Origin: Tepidisphaera sp.
GTDB lineage: Bacteria > Planctomycetota > Phycisphaerae > Phycisphaerales > UBA1924
DNA: 64,000 nucleotides
Direction: 5' to 3'
Assembly: GCA_050916045.1 (NCBI GenBank)
Contig: CP051526.1
Location: 2,400,001-2,464,000 of the forward strand
The notes beneath the pieces were generated by a model that did no database searches, was not told the DNA's origin, and saw only the letters and a program-made list of their open reading frames with translations. Made by a program: the position numbers and the translations under genes. Position 1 is the first letter of the stretch. Every line of letters begins with the position of its first letter. Positions 50,615 to 59,847 of this stretch are shown piece by piece.

Positions 50615-52933
50615 GTGACAGAGCTTTCTGAGAGAGCGGTGCGGCCATATCTCCTCGCGGCGGGGTGCGTGGTGATCGCTGCGTCGGTTCGGCTTTTGCT
50701 GGACCCGGTGCTCGAGAGCCAGTCGCCGTTCGCGACGTTTCTTCTCGCGACGCTTTTCGCCGCGTGGCGTTGGGGCGTGGGCCCGGCGCTGGCTTCGTTG
50801 ACGCTGGGATGGTGGGTGGGGCAGTTTCTGTTCATGGAGCCGCGGTACACATGGGTGCCGCCGATGCAGTCGAATCATGTGATCGCGTACGCGCTGTACT
50901 TCACGGTGGGCGGGGTGGGCGCGACGTTCGGGCATTTCGCGCGGGCGGCGAAGATCCGGAGCGACACGAGGAGCCAGATCGAAGCGGCGCGGCTTGCTGC
51001 GATCGTGACGTCATCGGAAGACGCGATCATCAGCAAGGATCTGAACGGGATCATCACGACATGGAACCGCGGTGCGGAGCGGCTTTTCGGGTACACGAGC
51101 GACGAGGCGATCGGTCAGCCGGTGACGATGTTGATGACGGCGGAGAATCTGGAGGAAGAGGCGAGGATTCTCACGAAGGTTCGTCGGGGCGAGAGCCTTG
51201 AGCACCACGAGACGGTTCGGCGTCGCAAGGACGGGTCGTTGGTGGAGGTCTCGCTGACGGTGTCACCGCTTCGGAGCGCGACGGGGGAGATCATCGGGGC
51301 GTCGAAGATCATGCGCGACGTGACGGAGCGGAACCGGATGGAGGAGTCGCGGGCGAAGCTTGCGTCGATCGTGGAGTCCTCGGACGACGCGATCATCAGC
51401 AAGAATCTGGAAGGTGAGATCACGAGTTGGAACGCCGGCGCGGAGCGGCTCTTCGGGTACACGGCGCGGGACGCGATCGGCAAGCCGATCGGGATGCTGC
51501 TTCCGGACGACCGGTTCAATGAGGATCCGGAGATTCTGGGGCGGATACAGCGTGGGGAGAGCGTGGAGCATTACGAGACGATCCGTCGGCGGAAGGACGG
51601 ATCGCTGGTGGACATTTCGCTCACGGTTTCGCCGCTTCGCGACGGGAAGGGACGGCTGGTCGGAGCTTCGAAGATCGTGCGCGACGTGACGCTGAGCAAG
51701 AAGGCGCAGGAGGATCTTCGTACGAGCGAGGCGCAGGCGCGGAACGCGCTGGCGGCGGCGGAAGCGGCTTCGCGGGCGAAGGACGAGTTTCTGGCGATGC
51801 TCTCCCACGAGCTTCGGACGCCGATGGCGGCGATCGTGGGGTGGTCGCAGATGTTGCGGGAGGGCGCGACGCCCGAGGAGACGCAGGAGGGGATCGAGGT
51901 CATCGAGCGGAACGCGCGGCTTCAATCACAGATCATCGAAGACCTTTTGGACATGAGCCGGATCATGTCGGGGAAGTTCCGGCTGAATGTGGAGTCGGTG
52001 GATGTGGACATGGTGCTTCGCGGAGCGGTGGACGGGGTGCGGCTTGCGGCCGAGTCCAAGCATCTCAAGCTGACGGTGGTTCAGGAGGGTGAGCCGGGCG
52101 AAGTGCGCGGGGACCCGCACCGTTTGCAGCAGGTGTTCTTCAATCTACTGACCAACGCGGTGAAGTTCACGCCCGCGCGGGGCGAGGTGCGGGTGGTGTG
52201 TCGTCACCGGCAGGGGCATGTGGAGGTCGGGGTGACGGACACGGGGATCGGGATCAAGCCAGAGTTCCTGCCGATGGTTTTCGAGCGGTTCAAGCAACAG
52301 GACGGGCGGATCACGCGGCAGTTTCAGGGCCTGGGCCTTGGGCTCGCGATCGCACGGCACCTGGTCGAGCTTCACGGCGGGACGATCCGAGCGGAGAGCG
52401 TCGGGGAGGGCCGGGGTGCGACGTTCACGGTGGAACTGCCGCGGGCAATCCCGCGGATCGCGGCGCTGTCGACGGGGCATGAGGAGCGGCGGCTTCGAAG
52501 CGGGAGCGGCGCGACGAGCGCGGCGATCGTCGGGGCTCCGCCGGCGAAGGTGCTTGCGGGCGTGACGGTGATGGTGACGGACGATGAGCTTGACGCGCGG
52601 GACGTGGTGAAGCGGATGCTGGAGCGGCGTGGGGCGAAGGTGTTGACGTGCGGGTCGGCGGCGGAGACTCTTGAGCGGCTGGCGCGGGAGCGGCCGAACA
52701 TCCTCGTGTGCGACATCGGGATGCCGGAGGTGGATGGCTACGCGCTGATCGGGAAGGTGCGGACGTCGTCGCCGGAGCAGGGCGGGGCGACGCCGGCGAT
52801 CGCGCTGACGGCGTTTGCGAGGCCGGAGGACCGGACGCGGGCGCTGCTCGCGGGATTCCAGATGCACATGTCCAAACCGGTCGACCCGGAAGAACTGGTC
52901 GCGGGGATCCGGCGGGTGGCGGCGTCGGTGTGA
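50615..52933 (+). CDS. hybrid sensor histidine kinase (DUF4118-like TM, two PAS, HisKA, HATPase, REC)
   Basis: SEDAIISKDLNGIITTWNRGAE twice; LSHELRTP; NLLTNAVKFT; GLGLGL; CDIGMPEVDG; start uncertain. Confidence 0.92.
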   Translation: MTELSERAVRPYLLAAGCVVIAASVRLLLDPVLESQSPFATFLLATLFAAWRWGVGPALASLTLGWWVGQFLFMEPRYTWVPPMQSNHVIAYALYFTVGGVGATFGHFARAAKIRSDTRSQIEAARLAAIVTSSEDAIISKDLNGIITTWNRGAERLFGYTSDEAIGQPVTMLMTAENLEEEARILTKVRRGESLEHHETVRRRKDGSLVEVSLTVSPLRSATGEIIGASKIMRDVTERNRMEESRAKLASIVESSDDAIISKNLEGEITSWNAGAERLFGYTARDAIGKPIGMLLPDDRFNEDPEILGRIQRGESVEHYETIRRRKDGSLVDISLTVSPLRDGKGRLVGASKIVRDVTLSKKAQEDLRTSEAQARNALAAAEAASRAKDEFLAMLSHELRTPMAAIVGWSQMLREGATPEETQEGIEVIERNARLQSQIIEDLLDMSRIMSGKFRLNVESVDVDMVLRGAVDGVRLAAESKHLKLTVVQEGEPGEVRGDPHRLQQVFFNLLTNAVKFTPARGEVRVVCRHRQGHVEVGVTDTGIGIKPEFLPMVFERFKQQDGRITRQFQGLGLGLAIARHLVELHGGTIRAESVGEGRGATFTVELPRAIPRIAALSTGHEERRLRSGSGATSAAIVGAPPAKVLAGVTVMVTDDELDARDVVKRMLERRGAKVLTCGSAAETLERLARERPNILVCDIGMPEVDGYALIGKVRTSSPEQGGATPAIALTAFARPEDRTRALLAGFQMHMSKPVDPEELVAGIRRVAASV

Positions 52934-52999
52934 GGGATTGGGGAGAGGCGAGACGGCGTCGAAACGGGCGACGAGAAACGTCGCGGATCGGCCTCGCGA

Positions 53000-53299
53000 A
53001 TGGGCGCAACAGGACACGCACACTCGCCAAATCCAAGCGGAAAGCCGCAGTTTCCCGACACCCCCGGCGCAACGCTCTCTGCTGAAGCGAGCGCCGACCA
53101 CTCTTCGGATGCTGGAAAAAAGGCCCCCAAAGCCCCCACCGCTTCCGGCGCGCCCGAATCGCCCTCCGCTGGGAGTGAACGCCCCGGCTCCACCGATCCG
53201 GCTCTCGCCAGCGTGATCGCCGCATGGGATGGACTGCCCCCCGCGATACGGGCGGGGATCCTCGCGATGGTGGCGGCCAGCGAAGGGGGTGTGGCGTGA
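53000..53299 (+). CDS. att-adjacent small ORF of planctomycete integrative elements
   Basis: DPALASVIAAWDGLPPAIRAGILAMV; begins inside the att repeat. Confidence 0.45.
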   Translation: MGATGHAHSPNPSGKPQFPDTPGATLSAEASADHSSDAGKKAPKAPTASGAPESPSAGSERPGSTDPALASVIAAWDGLPPAIRAGILAMVAASEGGVA

Positions 53300-53886
53300 T
53301 CCCTCTCGACTTGGCGGAGCGGCTCGGGTTTGGGCCCGACGTGCTCGAACAGCTCCGGCGGAGGAAGTCGATCCGAGTCCTTCGGGCCGAAGCGAAGCAG
53401 AAGGACGCGGCGCGGGCGGCGGCGGCATACGCGGCGATGCCGCGGCTCAGGCCGGACGTGCCGCTTTCAGCACGCAGCACACCGGAGGCTGACCGGCTTC
53501 CTCGGCTTGGTGTGGTCCCCTTGACCCCTCGCGGCAAACGTGCACCGTCCCGCCGGAACGGAGTAACCCCGCTCCCCTGTGGTGATCGTCACCTGGCCAA
53601 AGGCCCCCAGCCCCACCGCTGCGAATCGGAGGGCGGGACGGTCATGCGGCGGATCAGCTACGTGAGTCTATTCATCGAATCGCGACACGTCAGGGCCGAC
53701 CTCCGGGCAATGGGAACCGCGCTCCGCACCCAGGGCGTCCCCAATTCGGATGAGGTGATCCGCGCCCTTGAACGTGCCTTGGCCCTCATCCCGTTGGCCC
53801 CCTCGCCGGAGGGCCATCGACGTCGATTGCGGAGCTTGGCGCGGGTGCTACTGGCGTTGGAGCGGCAGATCGAAGGAAATGCTTGA
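53296..53886 (+). CDS. hypothetical protein
   Basis: GTGA overlap with the previous ORF; no recognised family. Confidence 0.35.
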   Translation: MIPLDLAERLGFGPDVLEQLRRRKSIRVLRAEAKQKDAARAAAAYAAMPRLRPDVPLSARSTPEADRLPRLGVVPLTPRGKRAPSRRNGVTPLPCGDRHLAKGPQPHRCESEGGTVMRRISYVSLFIESRHVRADLRAMGTALRTQGVPNSDEVIRALERALALIPLAPSPEGHRRRLRSLARVLLALERQIEGNA

Positions 53887-53935
53887 ATTGATCCGCCGGG
53901 TCGGTTCCAATACCGTCTGCAAGGGAGGACAGTGA

Positions 53936-54739
53936 ATGAGGCGTCTAGGTGCGTTGCTGCAGATTATTCTCGCCAGTGCGGCTCATGCGCAGTATCAGGC
54001 TGGCTACGTTTGGAATCGGGAGGCCGATTGGTCAGGGGGTACACGTCATGGTGGTTCGTGGCGATGGGGCAACCCGGACGCTGACGAAGTCGGGAACGAA
54101 GTCTGGAGTTACGAGATTTGTTCCGGTGGGGGTGCACTCGACTCGACCAATCCGTGGTATCGAGAGCCCACTACGCTTGCGACCTGGGACTCGAGCTGGT
54201 TCGGTGGGGCGGGCCTCTGGTCACAGGGCGATAACTCAGGCCCTCCGCTCGCGCGTCAAGAGATCGTGCATGATCGGGGCCTCGGCGGTCTCTTTGGACG
54301 AACACCACTTGTGCGATGGACAAATCCTACTCGAGAACCCATCTCGGTAAGCGTGAATGGCCAACTTCGAGTCACTTGGGCGGGGAATGCAGCGGGTTGC
54401 CCTGTTGTCGTGGACGTTGTCGTGGCGAGGTTAACAGAGGCTGGAGTGTACACAGAACTGTTGGCGGCAACCGTTTCAAAGCCAACTGCCACATGCACGG
54501 TGGGCGAGTATGTGGACTTGCCGATGCACTTTTCTAATCTCGGAGTCGGCACGCGTGACCAGATTATCGTTTCCATCAGGGCAAGGGACTCTGCGGCCGG
54601 TCAATGGGTTATCCTGCGAGACGCCTTGAGCATCACGCTCATGGACGTCGACGCTTGTCACGCGGACTTCAATGGCGATGGCTTTGTCGATTTTTTCGAC
54701 TACGACGAGTTCGTACTGGCGTTCGAGACGGGGTGTTGA
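53936..54739 (+). CDS. secreted protein with a single GC-type dockerin tail
   Basis: RBS GGAGG; signal peptide AHAQ; ends CHADFNGDGFVDFFDYDEFVLAFETGC. Confidence 0.8.
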   Translation: MRRLGALLQIILASAAHAQYQAGYVWNREADWSGGTRHGGSWRWGNPDADEVGNEVWSYEICSGGGALDSTNPWYREPTTLATWDSSWFGGAGLWSQGDNSGPPLARQEIVHDRGLGGLFGRTPLVRWTNPTREPISVSVNGQLRVTWAGNAAGCPVVVDVVVARLTEAGVYTELLAATVSKPTATCTVGEYVDLPMHFSNLGVGTRDQIIVSIRARDSAAGQWVILRDALSITLMDVDACHADFNGDGFVDFFDYDEFVLAFETGC

Positions 54740-54929
54740 TGAGCTGCGAGCGGGCACTCTGCAGGAATGCAGGATCTTCCAGAGGGGAACACACCCTTTT
54801 GCGATCATGACGTGGCGTTTGGCCGAAGGCCTCCAGTCTGCTTTGGCCGCTGGGACATGGAAGCCCGGCTGGTTCAGGGCGAAGTCCAACAAGACGCCCT
54901 GCGAGTCGGTCTCGACGGCGGACGCTGCG

Positions 54930-55073
54930 AACTGGTCGCTGACCATGCTGCGCAACGAACTCGTCAAGATCGGGGCCACGGTGGTTCGAATAGCCCGGTA
55001 CGCCGTGCTGCTGATGGTGGGGAATGTGGCGCCGCGACACCTGTTCCGTATCGTCTTGGATCGCGTGCGAAGA
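54930..55073 (+). pseudogene. IS1380-family transposase C-terminal remnant
   Basis: NWSLTMLRNELVKIGATVVRIARY...APRHLFRIVLDRVRR matches the recalled WSLTTLREKLIKIGAKVVRHARY...VPRxLF pattern. Confidence 0.65.
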
Positions 55074-55372
55074 TGCCAACCAACCAAGACGGCATGGGGA
55101 TGGCACGGGCTCTGCCGATCTTGTCCCAGACGCCGAAACCAGCGGGATGGTCCGCACGCGGTCAGCGCGCGGTCAGCGAAGCCGCCGACCGCGCGGCCAG
55201 AAGCGGCCAAACGCTTCACGAACACTTGCCGTGTTCACCGTCCAAGTGCCAGCAACAACGTTCCACGCAGGGAGATTATAGAGTAACCTGTCCGCAGACG
55301 CTCCGCGAAGGTCGTGGGCGTACAGCCGAATTGGAACAGTCGGTTTGGGGCGCACTTCGTAGGTGAATCACT

Positions 55373-56350
55373 ATGAGTATCCAGACAAACACGCTTCTAC
55401 TCTTCTGTCTCACCCTCAACTCAATCGGTCTCGCTCAGCCGATTCGATGGTCGGCACAAGACGGCGGGAACGACCATTGGTACCAGCTGGCACCCACCCG
55501 ACTTGTGTGGGATGATGCTCGAGACTATGCGAAGTCAGTCGGTGGTCGGCTCGTCACGGTCAATGATCAGACTGAACAAGATTGGCTCGTGGCGACATTC
55601 GGCAACCCAAGCAGCCGGTGGACTGGGCTTCGATACGACAACCGTCTGCAAAGATGGCGGTGGAACAGCGGAGAGGCCTTCAACTTTACGACCTGGGCAC
55701 CAGGGGAGCCGAACGGTTTCGGCCCATTCCCTTGGTCAGAAAACTACGCGGTTATCTGGGACCAGTTTGGAGGAAGCTGGTGCGACTATCCCTCACCTGT
55801 GTACAACCCCGGTGGCCCCGGAGAATTCCGAACAGAATTCGACTCGATCATCGAGTGGAAGCCATGTGTAGTTGGCTGGATCTCCTTGCAAGCGATGACG
55901 GGCACTGGCTTTGCGGACACTGCGGCGGTGTACGACCCGATTCGCGAAGAAATCGTTGTTGTCGGTGGACAATCCGGCGGACCGGGCACAGACCAAGCAC
56001 GAGTGTACCGCGACGCAATCTGGGAGATCTTTGCTGCTCCAAGCGATGATGCACTCAACCACACGGCTTGCTCATTTGATCGCACACGCGGTGTGTCCGT
56101 TTTCTTCGGCGGACTTTTGAATGGCTCTCCAAGTGACAGAACTCTCGAATGGGATGGGCTTTCGTGGAGTAGTCGGAGCGGCGGGCCATCGCCCCGGTAC
56201 GACGCTGCGATGGCTTTCGACGAACTCAGAGGGAGGATTGTCCTCTTTGGTGGATCGATCGGTGCTGGTTTCGATGGCGAGACTTGGGAGTGGAATGGAA
56301 CCGTTTGGCAGCAACTGTCATCAACGGGACCGTCGCCAAGAGCATGGTAC
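55373..56350 (+). pseudogene. truncated secreted C-type lectin + Kelch-like repeat protein
   Basis: GGNDHWYQL, WDDARDYA, GGRLVTVND, WAPGEPN; PSPRYDAAMAFDELRGRIVLFGG repeats; breaks off at about 56350 and reads through antisense DNA to 56740. Confidence 0.7.
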
Positions 56351-56479
56351 CACGCTGAGTGCGAAACCGATCGCCTCGCTCCCGGGGTGAGATACGCCAA
56401 GGAACATGACGCCGGTCTTGTCCCGCGGTCCCGAGATTTCCTCGTCCAGGCCATAGCACCCGCATCCGCCCATTCGACG

Positions 56480-56662
56480 TCAGCACCCCGTCTCGAACGC
56501 CTCCACAAACCCGTCGTAGTCGAAGAAATCGACAAAGCCGTCACCGTTGAAATCAGAGGTGCGGGACGGCGGGCATTGGCCGAGTTCGTAGCACGCCACA
56601 AAGTCGTCATAGTCGAAGAAGTCAACAAAGTTGTCGTCGTTGAAGTCAACACGGCACAGCAA
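56480..56662 (-). pseudogene. orphan double GC-type dockerin tail (inverted)
   Basis: CRVDFNDDNFVDFFDYD...DFNGDGFVDFFDYDGFVEAFETGC-stop; in-frame stop about 65 bp upstream. Confidence 0.75.
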
Positions 56663-56837
56663 GTGCGCTCTCCGGCGAAATGGCGAGAACTTCCGGTGTG
56701 TAGATGGCTTACGTTTGATCGGGGTTCAGGCATCTGTTAAGACACATGAATCGCTAGCGCGAGGGGATTGGCGGCCAGCGATAAGCACGCCGGGTGATCG
56801 GCGTTGGTCCCAATAGCTCGTACTCGGAGGACGCCCA

Positions 56838-57197
56838 ATGAAAGCTACGCCAAGAGAATCACTCGCACTGGCTCGGCTCGTAGAGTCCCTCATGGAGTTT
56901 CTGCTCGCTCACGAAGAGGGGCAAACCACCCGAAGCAGACCCCAGGCTGAACCGCCCGAGGTGCGAGCAAGGGGCTCGCATCCGAAATCCCCCGCGTCTC
57001 CTTCAGAAACGCCCCAAGGCACCCTCCTGATCACGGCAAAGGAAGCAGCGAAGTACCTGTCGATAGGCGAGCGGACGCTTTGGCAGATGTCAGCACCTCG
57101 TGGTCCGATTCCCTGCGTTCGATTTGGCGGGGCAGTGCGGTATCCTGTGGACGATCTAAAGACCGTCGTGAAGCGTATGAGCGCTCGAGGGACGTAG
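56838..57197 (+). CDS. excisionase-like HTH_17 DNA-binding protein
   Basis: RBS GGAGG; LLITAKEAAKYLSIGERTLWQM...IPCVRFGGAVRY. Confidence 0.85.
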   Translation: MKATPRESLALARLVESLMEFLLAHEEGQTTRSRPQAEPPEVRARGSHPKSPASPSETPQGTLLITAKEAAKYLSIGERTLWQMSAPRGPIPCVRFGGAVRYPVDDLKTVVKRMSARGT

Positions 57198-57594
57198 AGT
57201 TCGGCGATGCCGTCCACCGAGTAGTGTACGAACCACTTTTCGACAGACGAATAGTGGTCACGTGGTTCAAACTGACTACGCTCATCAAAACTGCGCCTGA
57301 ACCAATGCTGCACGTAGTGTCCGGCGATACCCGTCTGGATCTGGACCTGACGGAACATGGCGGGTGACGAGTAGACCCGTGCGACTGGATCCTCCTCCAG
57401 CTGTTTGAGGCATACGGGATTATCAGCAGACTCAAAAGTGGGTCGCTGGAGGTCTCCGCCATGATCGAGAAGCAGCTCGGCCAATCTCCGTCCCGGACCC
57501 CCTGTGCGTGACTCCATTTCCAACTCCGGGAAGAAAAGGTCCTTGGGTCATCCTCGTTCTCCTGATATGCTACTCCCGTCACGGAGGTCCTCCC

Positions 57595-59247
57595 ATGCGA
57601 GTATCAATGGTTTTTGCTGCGACTCCTTTCGGATTGCTTGTCACTATCGGGGCCGCGAGGGCGCAGTGCGAGAGCCAATTTGCCAAGGTGCTCGGCGGCG
57701 CGGTCGGGGCCCCCGGAAGCGCGGCGTCGGCGACCGGAGCGTCGGTGGCGATCGACGGGGACACGATGGTGGTCGGCTCCCCGTATTCGGATCTGAACGG
57801 GCAGGACGCGGGAGCGGTGTTCGTCTATCGCAAGATTGGCGGCGTTTGGACACAGGAGGCGGTCCTCACCTACGGCGGCCCGGGCTGGTGGCTCGGATGG
57901 TCCGTGGCAATCAGCGGAGACACGATCATTGCGGGAGCGCCGGGCGTGCCCAGAAACGCCATGTCGTTTGGCGGAGTTTTCGAGTTCCGCCGATCGGGCA
58001 ACACTTGGAACCTCTACCAGGGATACACCAACGGCAGTGACCAACAGGGGTACTACACCGGTACTTCGGTGGCAATCGCCGGAAACATGATGGTCTACGG
58101 ATCACAACCCTCTGCGGGAGGAGGAATCGGGTATTCGTTTACCTTCGACAGAGCGAGCCCGGCTTCAGCTTTTGTGATTCGCATGACCAGTCCGCACGGC
58201 TGGATCGTGGCAACCGACGGGAATCAGTTCGCGACAACATCAGCCTCGAGCGGTACGCTTCTCGTCGTACAGAGGCCCCTCAGCAACAACTGGAGCGAGG
58301 CTTTCTATGAGTTTGCGAGCTTGCCGTCCAACGAATCACTATCGGCGGCCAACTCCCTCGCCATCAAGAACAACACGCTTATCGTGGGATCGCCCGGGTA
58401 CGACGGTATCGCAGGGCGCGTCAATCAAGGCGCGGTTTACGTCTTCGAGAGAATCGGCCAAAGCCTCGTCTGGAACCCGACGCTCCGGATCATTGATCCT
58501 GACAATACTGACCAGGACTTCTTCGGGTGGTCGGTGGGCTTTGATAACACCAACCCTGACCGGTTCGCCGTCGGCTCCGTATGGGCGAACACAGGAGGCC
58601 AGATCGACGCCGGGGCGGTCTTCGTCTTCGAGCGTGACGGACTGAGCGAGTGGAGGCAGATCCGCCGCGAATCAGCACTCGACGCCGACGAGGGGGACCA
58701 ACTCGGCATGTCCGTGGCCATGAGCGGCGGGTTTGTCGCCGCCGGCGCGCCCACCGATGACCAGCAGTCCCTCAACGCGGGTGCCGCCTACGTCTTCGCG
58801 ATCGACCCGCAGCGTCCGGGCGTGGACGGGGGACCTGACGCCACCACCGTCCGGGTCGGGCAGACCGCTGTCCTCTCCGTCATCGCCAGCGGTCCCGGAC
58901 CGCTCACGTACCAGTGGCGAAAGGACGGCCGCGCCCTGACCGACGGCGGCCGGATCGCCGGGTCCCGCACCAGCAGCCTCCGCATCCGTCTGTGCCGCTG
59001 GAGCGACATGGGCTTGTACGAGTGCGTCGTCTCCAACGGCTGCGGAGGCACGACCTCTGAACCCGCTATGTTGACAGTCACCTGCCCGGCAGACTTCAAC
59101 GACGACGGATTCCTCGACTTCTTTGACTACGACGAATTCGTGACGGCTTTTGAGACGGGAGATCCGCGAGCGGACTTCAACGCCGACGGCTTTATCGACT
59201 TCTTCGACTACGATGATTTTGTCGCTGCCTTTGAGACGGGCTGCTGA
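57595..59247 (+). CDS. secreted FG-GAP repeat + Ig domain protein with GC-type dockerin tail
   Basis: GASVAIDGDTMVVGSP...AGAVFVY repeats; PLTYQWRKDG...YECVVSNGCG; ends AFETGC; RBS GGAGG. Confidence 0.88.
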   Translation: MRVSMVFAATPFGLLVTIGAARAQCESQFAKVLGGAVGAPGSAASATGASVAIDGDTMVVGSPYSDLNGQDAGAVFVYRKIGGVWTQEAVLTYGGPGWWLGWSVAISGDTIIAGAPGVPRNAMSFGGVFEFRRSGNTWNLYQGYTNGSDQQGYYTGTSVAIAGNMMVYGSQPSAGGGIGYSFTFDRASPASAFVIRMTSPHGWIVATDGNQFATTSASSGTLLVVQRPLSNNWSEAFYEFASLPSNESLSAANSLAIKNNTLIVGSPGYDGIAGRVNQGAVYVFERIGQSLVWNPTLRIIDPDNTDQDFFGWSVGFDNTNPDRFAVGSVWANTGGQIDAGAVFVFERDGLSEWRQIRRESALDADEGDQLGMSVAMSGGFVAAGAPTDDQQSLNAGAAYVFAIDPQRPGVDGGPDATTVRVGQTAVLSVIASGPGPLTYQWRKDGRALTDGGRIAGSRTSSLRIRLCRWSDMGLYECVVSNGCGGTTSEPAMLTVTCPADFNDDGFLDFFDYDEFVTAFETGDPRADFNADGFIDFFDYDDFVAAFETGC

Positions 59248-59364
59248 GTGGCGACGAGGAGACATGGGCTCGTTCGATGCATGAAGCTCTGACTCTAGAG
59301 GAGAAGACCACCGTGCTGCAAGTGCGACAGTGTGCCCCAACATTCAACTTCACAACTTCGCTTG

Positions 59365-59510
59365 TACTACCACACCGTCCGGCAGTCCGACTTTGAGCGC
59401 GCGACCGGCAAGCGGTCCAAGCTCGCGACGGCTGCGAACGGGCAGGGAACGGCGGACGCCGAGGGCGGCGCAAATTGCGGCGCACTTGCGGCGCAAAAGG
59501 CGGCGCAGAC
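59365..59510 (+). pseudogene. probable tyrosine integrase C-terminal remnant with GCGGCGCA repeats
   Basis: YYHTVRQSDFERATG...AAQKAAQ pointing at the tRNA 3' end; four GCGGCGCA copies. Confidence 0.45.
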
Positions 59511-59620
59511 AGCGTCTACCGGGGAACGCCAGAACACGCCAAAAGCGACGCAAACCCCGGCGGATGGCGGGGTTAGGCACTCTGAGGCAGATTGTGACGT
59601 CTCCGGTCAAAACCGGCGAA

Positions 59621-59694
59621 TGGGCGCAACAGGACTCGAACCTGTGACCTCGGCTATGTGACAGCCGCGTTCTAGCCAACTGAACTATGCGCCC
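59621..59694 (-). tRNA. tRNA-Val(CAC)
   Basis: GGGCGCA/TGCGCCC acceptor, CGGCT-GTCACAT-AGCCG anticodon arm, ACAGG-TTCGAGT-CCTGT T arm. Confidence 0.9.
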
Positions 59695-59847
59695 GACTTG
59701 TCGCCACGCTGTCGCGGCTGGGCGGGATGGTAGCCCGGGGGGCGGCGGGGCTCCACTGGGGATGGCTTGCCGGGGCGGCGTGGGGGTCGGGTTCGCTCCT
59801 ACATTGGGGTCCTTCCGCGGCGAGCGGGAGCCTTTCTGGAGCCCACG

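Larger units (their letters stand above)
52996..59635. mobile_element. 6.6 kb decayed genomic island at tRNA-Val
   Basis: GCGAATGGGCGCAACAGGAC at 52996-53015 and 59616-59635 (tRNA 3' end); excisionase, integrase-like tail, IS remnant and shifted composition inside. Confidence 0.85.

Noticed and set aside
54810..54900. WRLAEGLQSALAAGTWKPGWFR resembling a reverse transcriptase N-terminus
   Set aside because: Only about 20 residues and no downstream RT motifs; cannot be separated from chance
57198..57523. Minus-strand ORF 56909-57523
   Set aside because: Overlaps the excisionase with no recognisable motif; at most an unidentifiable fragment
46270..59247. Dockerin-tail repeats as DGR template/variable repeats or a CRISPR array
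   Set aside because: Differences are mostly synonymous and not adenine-specific, spacing is irregular, and there is no RT or cas gene in the window
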